From Minisyncoccota bacterium (GTDB lineage Bacteria > Patescibacteriota > Minisyncoccia > Phycocordibacterales > WO2-35-19): a DNA stretch of 64,000 nucleotides. Positions 39,179-47,890 of the stretch are shown here, piece after piece (within the stretch, counting starts at the first letter, position 1; every line of letters begins with the position of its first letter). The DNA lies in contig JBAYKK010000001.1 in the NCBI GenBank assembly GCA_041664625.1, positions 1,956-65,955 on the forward strand, given 5' to 3'. Below the pieces are notes generated by a model. The model saw only the letters and a program-made list of their open reading frames with translations. It made no database searches and was not told the DNA's origin. The position numbers were made by a program, and so were the translations under genes.

Positions 39179-39520
39179 TTACTTAACTTTTAATTCCTTC
39201 TTGAGGTAGCCGATATAGTTTTCCACCATTTTCGACTGCTCCTCATTGAAGTTGTATTTGGCTCGGAGGAAGGTCGGGGTATCGGCCGATTTGATATAAT
39301 CCTCTTGAGTGATGCCCGCTTTGTTCAAAATGAATTCAAGCGGCTCACTTAACCCATCAGCTATTTTTCTTAATGTACTTACCGAGGGTGACTCATCTGG
39401 GTACTCACCTTGCTCTAAGCGGGAAATGTAGCCTCTGGTTAAACCAGAATTTTCGGCCAATTTCTCCTGCGTTAGTTCCTTATCCTCGCGCAAACTTTTT
39501 ATGACCTCAGCTAATTTCAT
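39179..39520 (-). CDS. XRE family HTH repressor (ImmR-like)
   Basis: LTQEKLAE.SGLTRGYISRLEQG, PS..TL.KIA. Confidence 0.88.
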   Translation of the reverse strand: MKLAEVIKSLREDKELTQEKLAENSGLTRGYISRLEQGEYPDESPSVSTLRKIADGLSEPLEFILNKAGITQEDYIKSADTPTFLRAKYNFNEEQSKMVENYIGYLKKELKVK

Positions 39521-39854
39521 ATTTTTTCCTATTATTACTTTTCTATTCTAAGTCGACTGGAGATAGTATAGCATAAGTCGCTAAGATGTGAAGTATAGTT
39601 ACTATAAAAGTTGTGGATAACTGATTGTTTTTCATATCACAAAACAGAATTTAGCATTTGTCCAGAAAACCCAAAAGAATTTTGGCCTGTGCCAAAGTAC
39701 CTTTATTTTGCTTCATTTTCCGAATTTACTCTTTCACAGATTTGGCATTGTTTGGGTTTTCAAGACCCCGACCCGAACACTTCAATTCCACTTCTGGAAA
39801 TGTGCTAAAATACCCTTATGGTTACTAACCTAATGGGTACTTAACCCGAATACA

Positions 39855-39921
39855 CCGCCTTCGGTCCGCAGTAGCAGACCTTCGGCGTGACGAAGTCCGC
39901 CAGAAGGGGTGCGAAGGCGAC
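39855..39921. repeat. Composite family B palindrome directly upstream of the GIY-YIG gene
   Basis: CGCCTTCG...CGAAGGCG outer stem, inner CTTCG/CGAAG, GTCCGCC.GAAG unit. Confidence 0.6.
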
Positions 39922-39931
39922 CTTAGCCAAA

Positions 39932-40165
39932 ATGAATTACGTATACTCACTAAAATGCAAAGACGGCTTCTACATAGGATGTACTAATGATTTGAAAGAC
40001 AGAATCAAAAGACACGAAGCAGGACAGGTTGGTGCAACAAAAGATAGATTGCCTATTGAATTAGATTTTTATATAGCTCTTGATAATCAATACAAGGCCT
40101 TCAACTTCGAAAAATATTTGAAATCTGGTTCGGGTAGGACTTTTATAAAAAAGCATTTTGTTTAA
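39932..40165 (+). CDS. Minimal GIY-YIG nuclease
   Basis: YVYSL...FYIGCTNDL..R..RH, EKYLKSGSGR. Confidence 0.88.
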   Translation: MNYVYSLKCKDGFYIGCTNDLKDRIKRHEAGQVGATKDRLPIELDFYIALDNQYKAFNFEKYLKSGSGRTFIKKHFV

Positions 40166-40250
40166 AAAACATAAAATTATGATTCCAATTTTGATGTAAA
40201 AAAGAGCCGCCCAGAGAGCGACGGCTCTCCGAGGCGGCGTTTGTGAAGAA

Positions 40251-40943
40251 CTATTTCGGCGGATCGGGTGGAGGTGTCCACGACTTCGGACAATACAGTC
40301 CGGCCCTTAGTTTTGCGCTGGGCTTAAGCACTTCGTGGAACGCAATCATGTCGAACTTACCATAGCCCCAATGACGACGCACCACTTGGTACAATTGGCC
40401 GGTGTATTCAAAGGAAAGGTACCAATTGCGTAACCAAGTCGGCATCGAAACTTCGTGGGAGATGTCCTTCTGAAGAAAGAGAGCCAGGGGTTGGTTCATT
40501 TTCCAGAAGAAAAATCGGTCGGCATAAGGCGGAATCCAGTTAATCTCTGCGACATCAAGCTCTTCGGGAAGTCCGAGCGATGACTGGAATGAGCGAACGC
40601 TCTTACCAACATCGCAATGACCCCAATCAATGAGGTAGAGTTCGCCGACATACTCGATACCTTTCCCTTTAAGGTAAGCTGAGGTCTTGCGGTTGATATC
40701 GGTCTCCGAGAGTTTAAGCGACAGCAACTGCTGAAGCTGCTCCGGCTCTGGGAGAGTGTTTTGTTTCGGTATGGCAGCAAGTAGCCGGTTCTCCTTGAAA
40801 AACTGGAGAGAAGAAAGAAGGGCATGCACTTGTTGAGGTGAACGCTCTCCTCTCTCAACGAAACCAACGGCTTGTGCGTAAAGACTGGCCAGATTCGCCA
40901 GCTCCTTGTTCCTCTCAAGTCTGGTATTTGCAGACATTGTCAA
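40251..40943 (-). CDS. Orphan protein with RNA polymerase alpha-CTD-like segment
   Basis: LSLKLSETDINRKTSAYLKGKGIEYVGELY; GAAAGGA RBS; GC-rich terminator at about 40203-40240. Confidence 0.55.
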   Translation of the reverse strand: MTMSANTRLERNKELANLASLYAQAVGFVERGERSPQQVHALLSSLQFFKENRLLAAIPKQNTLPEPEQLQQLLSLKLSETDINRKTSAYLKGKGIEYVGELYLIDWGHCDVGKSVRSFQSSLGLPEELDVAEINWIPPYADRFFFWKMNQPLALFLQKDISHEVSMPTWLRNWYLSFEYTGQLYQVVRRHWGYGKFDMIAFHEVLKPSAKLRAGLYCPKSWTPPPDPPK

Positions 40944-41139
40944 AGTCCTTTCAATGAATTTTCTCTTTGCAGTGTTAGTGCAACGAGTGTCCCCAGACGA
41001 ACCTGCTTGGTATTCGCAAACAGATTTTAATCGTTTTGGGTAAGGTTAGTCTAAATATATTTAATCATAATGTAAGTAATTTAGCAAATTGACGAATATC
41101 TCATAGTATGTTATCTTTTGCACAGGAAAGGAGGCTAGT

Positions 41140-42000
41140 GTGCACGGAAAAAACATTGCTCGCGGTTTGTTGGGAGCAGTAGGTATCTGGCTCACAGCCG
41201 GTCTCGCTCTCCCATTCGTCAATGTTTTGAAGTCTTTTACTCCCGAGCAGCTCATGTTTGCTCGCGGAATAATGACAGCCATCTTCGCGATTCTCATCAT
41301 GAGAGGAAAAGTGTTTCCGATTGATCGGTACACTCTCCTTTCAGGAGTCGGATTTGCATTCGGTTGCTTAGGACTGTACCACGGCATCCGAGAACTTGGA
41401 CCGAGCTTGGCGATCATCATTATCACCACCGCCCCAGTAGTTAATTTCTTGTTCGCTTGGGGCAGAGGCCGGCATGTTTCTTTTGCTGCCATCGGTAGTT
41501 TGGTGATCATGCTTGCAGGAGTAGTGTTTGCTCTCCATCCGTGGAATAGCACGACAACCCTCACGTTCAAAGGAGTGGCTTGGAGCATTTTCGGAGCAAC
41601 TTCCGGAGCGCTGTATTATGAAGCACTGTCCAAAGCCAAAGGAAGTCGCTTAACTCGCTGCTTCTGGCAAGCTTTGGTGGTAGCTCTAATTGCGATCTCG
41701 GGAAATATGGTTACAGGATCTGTAGTCCATATCCCTGAATTCAAAACCATGCTTCTCCTGGTCGCCTTCGCTCTCATGGGTGGTTTCTTGTACTTTATCG
41801 CCAACATCGAAGCTTTCGACAACCTGCCGACTGAAGTTGCAAGTGTGCTCGCTCAGGGAGAAACTCCGGCAGTCATTATCATGGCCGGGGTACTTCTCGG
41901 AGAGAAGCTCAGTTTGTCTCAATGGCTCGGGGTCGGAATTGCTCTTCTTGGTGCAGGATATCTCTCTCGCTGGATTTCTAACCAGCAAAAGGTCTCGTGA
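41140..42000 (+). CDS. DMT/EamA family transporter
   Basis: About ten TM segments in two repeats, LLGEKLS; TTGACG-17-TATCTT, AAGGAGG RBS, terminator 41990-42025. Confidence 0.85.
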   Translation: MHGKNIARGLLGAVGIWLTAGLALPFVNVLKSFTPEQLMFARGIMTAIFAILIMRGKVFPIDRYTLLSGVGFAFGCLGLYHGIRELGPSLAIIIITTAPVVNFLFAWGRGRHVSFAAIGSLVIMLAGVVFALHPWNSTTTLTFKGVAWSIFGATSGALYYEALSKAKGSRLTRCFWQALVVALIAISGNMVTGSVVHIPEFKTMLLLVAFALMGGFLYFIANIEAFDNLPTEVASVLAQGETPAVIIMAGVLLGEKLSLSQWLGVGIALLGAGYLSRWISNQQKVS

Positions 42001-42087
42001 TACGCGTCACGGGACCTGCTTTTTTATTAATTTTCGATCTTGACTACCCCTAAAGTTTGAATCGCCAAAACATCGTCAAATAAATTA

Positions 42088-42120
42088 GCTTTATTTTTAT
42101 CCAAATTTCAATTAAACTGG
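42088..42120 (+). repeat. 33-bp direct repeat, copy 1 (promoter-like)
   Basis: GCTTTATTTTTATCCAAATTTCAATTAAACTGG; 32/33 identical to 45406-45438. Confidence 0.8.
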
Positions 42121-42125
42121 TAATA

Positions 42126-42659
42126 ATGAAATTCGTAATTGGCTCGGGAAGTAAAAGAAAAATTGATATTGCTGAAAAAGTAATAAAGCAGTTTTTTAAT
42201 GGAGAGATTTCAATTGATAGTTTTGGAGCCAAATCCCAAATGCCAGACATCCCGTGGGACAAACAAACTTTTGATGGAGCAAGAAATAGAGCTTTGGACA
42301 GCAAATCTAATATAGCCGAAGGAGATTATTATATCGGTTTAGAAAGTGGTCTCATTGAGCGTTATGGGCATATTTATGAGGAGGCTTGGGCAGTTGTCGT
42401 TACTAAAGATGATACAGAATATAACGGCTACTCCAGTGGCCTCAAAGTCCCAGATTTTATACTCAAAAAGATGGATGAGCTCAAAATGGAACATTCTGAT
42501 GTTATGACTATCATTGAAAAAGAATACGGCAAGTTACCTAATGATACTTGGGGTACATATTCTGGCGGAACGATTTTACGAGAAGTGAGTCTGGAAGAAG
42601 CTCTGCGAAATGTTTTTATTCAAATCACTGCCCCAGAAAACAGTTTTTACAAAAAATAA
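42126..42659 (+). CDS. Inosine/xanthosine triphosphatase (YjjX/DUF84-like)
   Basis: IGS...K, GARNRA, IGLESG. Confidence 0.8.
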   Translation: MKFVIGSGSKRKIDIAEKVIKQFFNGEISIDSFGAKSQMPDIPWDKQTFDGARNRALDSKSNIAEGDYYIGLESGLIERYGHIYEEAWAVVVTKDDTEYNGYSSGLKVPDFILKKMDELKMEHSDVMTIIEKEYGKLPNDTWGTYSGGTILREVSLEEALRNVFIQITAPENSFYKK

Positions 42660-42660
42660 T

Positions 42661-43260
42661 ATGGAAAATATAAATAATAATTGGACTGTATTACTTATTG
42701 GCGGTAGTTCTGGATTGGGCAAAACATATCTTGCTCAACAAATTGCGGAAAGGTATCGCATATCGCATATGGAAGCCGATGACCTTCGGGTGGCATTGAG
42801 AACAGTTACTAACCGAGAAGCACATCCTGAACTTTTTACATTCGTTGACCATCAAAATTATCTTGAAGAATTTGCGGAGGAGGAATTTGTAGAAAAGCAC
42901 ATTGCTGTTGGAGAAACCATTTGGCTTGCCATCAACGACATCATAACGAAGCATATAGGATTTAATGAACGGCTAATAATAGACGGGGATAGCGTTATTC
43001 CAACTTCGCTCGCAAAGCGAGACCAAACAGGTATAAAATCTGTTTTCCTATACGATGACCTTGAAGGTATTCGAGAGAGACAGATTAAAAGAAATCGCAA
43101 TAAAAAACGAACTCCCGAAAAAATGGAAACTAACGCTCAGTTTTCTTTTGCTTACAGTGAAGCCATCCGAAAACAAGCAGAGGAGTGCGGACTTATCACC
43201 TGCAAAGTTTCTCCCATTGAAACCCTGTTTGACCGTGTGGTTGATATTATTGAGGAATAA
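42661..43260 (+). CDS. P-loop kinase (2-phosphoglycerate kinase-like)
   Basis: LIGGSSGLGKT, D.LR, IIDG. Confidence 0.7.
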   Translation: MENINNNWTVLLIGGSSGLGKTYLAQQIAERYRISHMEADDLRVALRTVTNREAHPELFTFVDHQNYLEEFAEEEFVEKHIAVGETIWLAINDIITKHIGFNERLIIDGDSVIPTSLAKRDQTGIKSVFLYDDLEGIRERQIKRNRNKKRTPEKMETNAQFSFAYSEAIRKQAEECGLITCKVSPIETLFDRVVDIIEE

Positions 43261-43285
43261 AAAAGAAGGTTTACTTTGAAATAAA

Positions 43286-44058
43286 ATGAAAATAATTTCT
43301 CTCAACATCTGGGATGCTCGTATATTTGAGCCGCTTATGGGTTTCTTTGAACACAACCAAGATATTGATATTTTTTGTTTGCAAGAAGTGTTTAATGGTA
43401 CAGAACCAGTTTTTTTAGGAGAGGAGAGAAAAGAGTAAACGGTTTTTCGGAGATTGCATCAAAACTACCAAACTATAATGGATTTTTTATACCAGCAGAG
43501 GAAGCTCTTGATGATGAACCTCCGAGAGGAATATCTGTTCCTTATGGATTAGCAATTTTTGTGAAGAAAAACATAAAAATACTTTCACACCACCACGACT
43601 ATATTTTTGGTACTGGTAACGAATCATTGAGTGATGACGCGAGAACTCATAAGAGATTAATACAGACCGTGTGCATTTCTCATAATGGCTCGCCTGTGGC
43701 TATTTCAAATGTTCACGGACTATGGAATGGGCAGGGAAAAACAGACACCACAGACAGAATTGAACAATCTAATAAAATAAAAACCCACATAAAAAAATTT
43801 GAGCACCCAGTAATACTTGTTGGGGATTTTAATCTTCTACCAGATACAGAAAGTTTGGCAATTATCAGACACGAAATGAGAGATTTGATTAAGGAATACA
43901 ATATAACTTCTACACGAAGCAAACTTTATACTAAACACGAAAAACCTGTGCTTTTTGCAGATTATATTTTTACTTCACCAGAAATTAAGGTGGATGACTT
44001 CAAAGTTTTGCCAGATGTCGTCTCGGACCATTTACCTTTGTTATTAGATTTTAGCTAG
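43286..44058 (+). pseudogene. Exonuclease/endonuclease/phosphatase family gene split by a -1 frameshift
   Basis: MKIISLNIW..IFCLQEV in one frame stops near 43438; GLAIF, NVHG, GDFN, DYIF, SDHLPL continue in the -1 frame. Confidence 0.75.
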
Positions 44059-44199
44059 TTACTAAGTGTTCACAATGTTGAATTTGGTGTAATCTGAAAG
44101 CATTAACGAGGTTCTCACTTCGTCTAATACCCTCCGCAATGATCCGCAAGGATAGCTTTGAATAGCTATGATTTTGATTCTGTGGTTTAATATTCTTAT

Positions 44200-44271
44200 G
44201 ACAAGGTAGCTCATCGGTAGAGCACCGCTATCACATAGCGGAGGTAGTGGGTTCAATTCCTACCCTTGTTA
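44200..44271 (+). tRNA. tRNA-Val(CAC), atypical
   Basis: GACAAGG/CCTTGTT, GCTC/GAGC D-arm, CCGCT-atCACat-AGCGG, GTGGG-TTCAATT-CCTAC. Confidence 0.8.
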
Positions 44272-44273
44272 CT

Positions 44274-45368
44274 ATGTCCACAAGTGATTGGTATAACCAA
44301 ATAGAAACTTCAGTCGCAAATCTTACTTCAAAAGGATTATTAAACGCCCTTGAGAAATTTGACGGCAAAGACAAGGAGGTTTTATCCAATCTTTTCATTA
44401 AGAAAATAGAGAAAAATAAAAATTTTAGACCCTTAGTTTTTTATATTGGATACTGTCTCGCAAAAGGTAAATTCATTCCGATTGATAGTTTATCTGATGA
44501 GGAAAAATCTATTATAGGTGATGTTACGGCTTCAATAGAAGCGGAAAACATATCCACATATTATGTTAACCACTATATTGACCAGAAAGGTGATATTAAA
44601 GACAAGCAGGACGAGAAAAACAGGGTGCTGGCGGGTATTTTGAGCAATACTATTGCACAGAACGTAATTGAGAATACAAGTCTTAGTCTTGATATAAAAG
44701 CTGAACTGATACGTTTGATAAACCAGATTGATATGGACATAGCAAAAGCACAAATCTACGAAGTAAATGTGGGTCTTTTTAGTAACCTTGAGGATTTCAA
44801 AAACGAGGAGGACTTTTTGAAAATTTATTTTGAAAGATGCAGAAAAATAAGTGGGCAGTTCTATGGTCGTTCAGCAGAAATGGGCTACATTGTCGGCTCC
44901 AGAAATATAAAAGAAACGAACGACAGAAAAAAAATAGAACAGTTTTATACTGAAATGGTAACGCTTCTTCAATATGCAAATGATATTGGAGATTACGCTC
45001 TCCCTAATATGCATTCTGGAACAGCAGAGAAGAATTTTTATAAGGATTATGGTAGTGATTTCAAGAATCAACGGTTAACATATCCGAATTATTTACTCCT
45101 AAAAAGAGTGGAGGATTTGAACGATAAAGAATTAATAAAGAGCATTCTTTCAGAAGGTTTTGACACACACAGGATGAAAGATTTTATGGCACTGATGAAT
45201 AAATTGGAAATATTCAAAGATTGTTTCAGTCTACTTAATTCAAAATTTAACCAAGAAAAGAAGAAGCTCTGGTTACGGAACTCTGAATTGAGGAAGCTTA
45301 TTTCAAGTTCCGTCATCATTATAAGGTCAAACAAATTATTAACCTCAATAAAGAAAGTTATGGTCTAA
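44274..45368 (+). CDS. Divergent polyprenyl synthetase / class I isoprenoid synthase fold protein
   Basis: K.FRP, E......YVNHYID (first motif degenerate), QYANDIGD, GSDF....LTYP. Confidence 0.6.
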   Translation: MSTSDWYNQIETSVANLTSKGLLNALEKFDGKDKEVLSNLFIKKIEKNKNFRPLVFYIGYCLAKGKFIPIDSLSDEEKSIIGDVTASIEAENISTYYVNHYIDQKGDIKDKQDEKNRVLAGILSNTIAQNVIENTSLSLDIKAELIRLINQIDMDIAKAQIYEVNVGLFSNLEDFKNEEDFLKIYFERCRKISGQFYGRSAEMGYIVGSRNIKETNDRKKIEQFYTEMVTLLQYANDIGDYALPNMHSGTAEKNFYKDYGSDFKNQRLTYPNYLLLKRVEDLNDKELIKSILSEGFDTHRMKDFMALMNKLEIFKDCFSLLNSKFNQEKKKLWLRNSELRKLISSSVIIIRSNKLLTSIKKVMV

Positions 45369-45405
45369 TTGATTTTAGCAGTAGCAAACTGATTAAAAAT
45401 TACTG

Positions 45406-45438
45406 GCTTTATTTTTATCCAAGTTTCAATTAAACTGG
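45406..45438 (+). repeat. 33-bp direct repeat, copy 2
   Basis: GCTTTATTTTTATCCAAGTTTCAATTAAACTGG. Confidence 0.8.
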
Positions 45439-45442
45439 GGGT

Positions 45443-45764
45443 ATGAAGATTGTTAAATTTAGACCACATTTAACCTCTGATATTATCCGGAGAGAAAAAT
45501 TCTACTTGGAGATTATTTGATGATAAAGATTTATCTTTAAATGACGAGTTTATTATTCAAGAATGGGGTACGGGGGAAAATTTCGGTAAGGCGTTGATAA
45601 TTAAAGTTGAAGAAAAGAAACTTAAAGATTTGCAAGATAGTGATTTTGAAGGGCATGAGAAATATGAGAGTGAAGAAAAAATGTATGAGAATTACAGGAA
45701 ATATTATGGAGACAAAGTGACCCCCGACACTGTTGTAAAAATGATCGATTTTAAACTTAATTAG
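45443..45764 (+). pseudogene. ASCH-like domain gene with early -1 frameshift (absent from the ORF track)
   Basis: MKIVKFRPHLT, then after the shift LILSGEKNSTWRLFDDKDL...EGHEKY...YRKYY...IDFKLN*. Confidence 0.65.
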
Positions 45765-45882
45765 TAGTAGAAAATAATTTTCTAACGAATTACTTCTTTT
45801 CAAAAAAATCTTTTTTGGATTTTTGGGTAAATAGAAAGAGGGCGGCCGCTTGGGTCGCCCCCATAAGGATGCGGAGTTTTTC

Positions 45883-46338
45883 TCAATTTTCGCAGATCGA
45901 ACATCGCGCTGGAATGAGAACTTGTACCACCCGCACCTCAGCATCATCCGGAATCTCAATGTCGTTTCGAAGGTGTACCGACTCCGGCGGTAGCGACCCG
46001 AATGTGCACCCATTGAGCAACTTCACACACCCTCGAAGTGTCTGGTCTGATGGGTTGCTGAGTGCCGGATAGGCTAGGGTCTGCCCGATAAATACTCCAT
46101 TTTTGTAGAAATGGAGCAAAAACATGAAGCTGTTGACCTCGGCCTCCAACGGGCTTCTATCCGGTTGAACCTCTTTTTTAATCTCGGTCGTGGCATCGAT
46201 GAAGGCCGCTATCACGATCCAGCCCACAAAAAACAACATAATCTCGAGCCACATTTTAGTGGGAGAAAACATCGTAAAAGTGTAGCGTCCCACCATGAAG
46301 GCGAGAGCTATGAGCAAAGAAACCGCAGCAGTGTTCAC
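45883..46338 (-). CDS. Orphan membrane protein
   Basis: TTGACT-17-TATACT, AAGGAG RBS, two N-terminal TM segments, hairpin 45840-45862. Confidence 0.6.
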   Translation of the reverse strand: MNTAAVSLLIALAFMVGRYTFTMFSPTKMWLEIMLFFVGWIVIAAFIDATTEIKKEVQPDRSPLEAEVNSFMFLLHFYKNGVFIGQTLAYPALSNPSDQTLRGCVKLLNGCTFGSLPPESVHLRNDIEIPDDAEVRVVQVLIPARCSICEN

Positions 46339-46450
46339 ATCAAACTCCTTTTAATCTGTGTATAAGTATATCAAACTACGCATACAAAGTCAATGATTGT
46401 AAAGTAGTAGAGAGAATAAACTCATAGCGGAGCTTTTAAAAGCAATAAAC

Positions 46451-47650
46451 TTATTTCAAAGCCAAAAATGCGTTGACGTAATGGATAGCGATACCGCCAA
46501 AATTTGGATTAGAATTAAAAGCTTTGTTTATTTTACTGATTTGACCAGAGAGATAGTTTTTGGAAGTCCTGTGGAAAGTGATGTATGGAGGCATCACATC
46601 GCCAGTCTCTTGAGCGATGACCACTTGAGTATTGTATTTGCCATTTTTTGCAGTTTGCATTTCATTATTGGAAATTTCTATAGACCCGTCATAACCTTCG
46701 GCAAAACTTCGATAAGACATAATAATGATAGAGCTATCGGGCTTCCTGTCCAAAATGTTTAGCAGATGTTTGAATGTGTAATCTTTTTTGCCGTTGTATG
46801 CAATTTTGGGAGTCATTTGGTCTTCTTTGTCATAAAAATCCGGTATAACTATGCTGAATTTCAATGAGCTGTCTTGCATGAAATTTTCAGTTTGGTCAAT
46901 CAATTGGATGAAATTTTTTAGAACAACGCTTTTATTTTTTTCGTAAGAAGCCAAGAGATAAGGTTCTACATCGTATTGAAAGCCTCTGAATTTATTGGCT
47001 CTAGTGTTATTGAAATTTTTGACATAATTTACGATAGCAAAAGCTTTGTAAGTGTTGCCTTCTTCAGCCCAATTTTGCCAACCTGCTTCAGCATCTACTG
47101 CTATGCCCCTACTATTTGCAGAAACGATGAAGTTTTCTAATTTATCCGAGAATGCCTTTTTGGCTTGTTCTCTTTTTTCACCTTTGGGCATTACAAATAC
47201 GTCGAGGTAGGTATCAATAGAAATGTATATGGTGTTTACCCTGTTAACTTGGGCTTGAGAAAGGGTCGACTCGATATATTCTGGGGTCATGATCATGATA
47301 GGTGTCCAGATCCAAATGCCATGTTCTTTTGTATTTTGTTTGGGTTCAGTTGGATTAGTACCCAAAGTTTTGATGCTTTTGATTACGCTAGCAATTTGAT
47401 TGGTAAAAAAATAAGACTTTTTTTGAGGTACTGCGTCAAAAGTGATTTTTTGAAATTCGGGATTAGAGGCGATAGCGTTTGGAGTTATGATTTTGTTTGA
47501 ATATTGCGATATTTGAGTGTCTATCGGATTGCGATGGGGGATATACTCTGTTTTTATGATCGAAGCAAACATCATAATACCTATACCTAGTATCACACAT
47601 CCTAGGAACATATTTCTTTTGGTTGTTTTGTTTTGCTTTTTATTTTTCAC
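46451..47650 (-). CDS. Anchored protein with glycoside-hydrolase-like TIM barrel
   Basis: N-terminal TM, GIWIW, GFQYDVEPY, IMSYR, AQET, GIAIH. Confidence 0.6.
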   Translation of the reverse strand: MKNKKQNKTTKRNMFLGCVILGIGIMMFASIIKTEYIPHRNPIDTQISQYSNKIITPNAIASNPEFQKITFDAVPQKKSYFFTNQIASVIKSIKTLGTNPTEPKQNTKEHGIWIWTPIMIMTPEYIESTLSQAQVNRVNTIYISIDTYLDVFVMPKGEKREQAKKAFSDKLENFIVSANSRGIAVDAEAGWQNWAEEGNTYKAFAIVNYVKNFNNTRANKFRGFQYDVEPYLLASYEKNKSVVLKNFIQLIDQTENFMQDSSLKFSIVIPDFYDKEDQMTPKIAYNGKKDYTFKHLLNILDRKPDSSIIIMSYRSFAEGYDGSIEISNNEMQTAKNGKYNTQVVIAQETGDVMPPYITFHRTSKNYLSGQISKINKAFNSNPNFGGIAIHYVNAFLALK

Positions 47651-47717
47651 TTTTAATTATTATAACACTGTTTGAAAAATAAAAAATTTCTGCTATATTT
47701 ACGATGTTCCATAACAT

Positions 47718-47793
47718 GCGCGGTTAGCTCAGTTGGTAGAGCGCGTCATTGACGTTGACGATGTCAGAGGTTCGAGCCCTCTATCGCGCACCA
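47718..47793 (+). tRNA. tRNA-Val(GAC)
   Basis: GCGCGGT/ATCGCGC, CGTCA-ttGACgt-TGACG, AGAGG-TTCGAGC-CCTCT, encoded CCA. Confidence 0.95.
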
Positions 47794-47890
47794 GACAAAA
47801 TATCTCCACTTTTATTTTAAGATTTTTCGGTTTACAGATATTATATAGTATGTTTATATATGTTAGTAAAAGTTCTTGAAAGGAGTCAGT

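Larger units (their letters stand above)
17163..44138. mobile_element. tRNA-Ser-integrated genomic island (recombinase, Cu/redox cargo, MTases, ImmA/ImmR); right end uncertain (39.6 kb or 44.14 kb)
   Basis: Recombinase abuts the tRNA; CTCCGCAwTGA occurs at 17158-17168 and 44132-44142. Confidence 0.55.

Noticed and set aside
34106-39520. Complete prophage or restriction-modification system
   Set aside because: No capsid, portal, large terminase or tail genes, and no recognisable restriction endonuclease beside the MTases.
44062-44256. 64-aa minus-strand ORF as a gene
   Set aside because: Mostly antisense to tRNA-Val; only its att-like segment is discussed.
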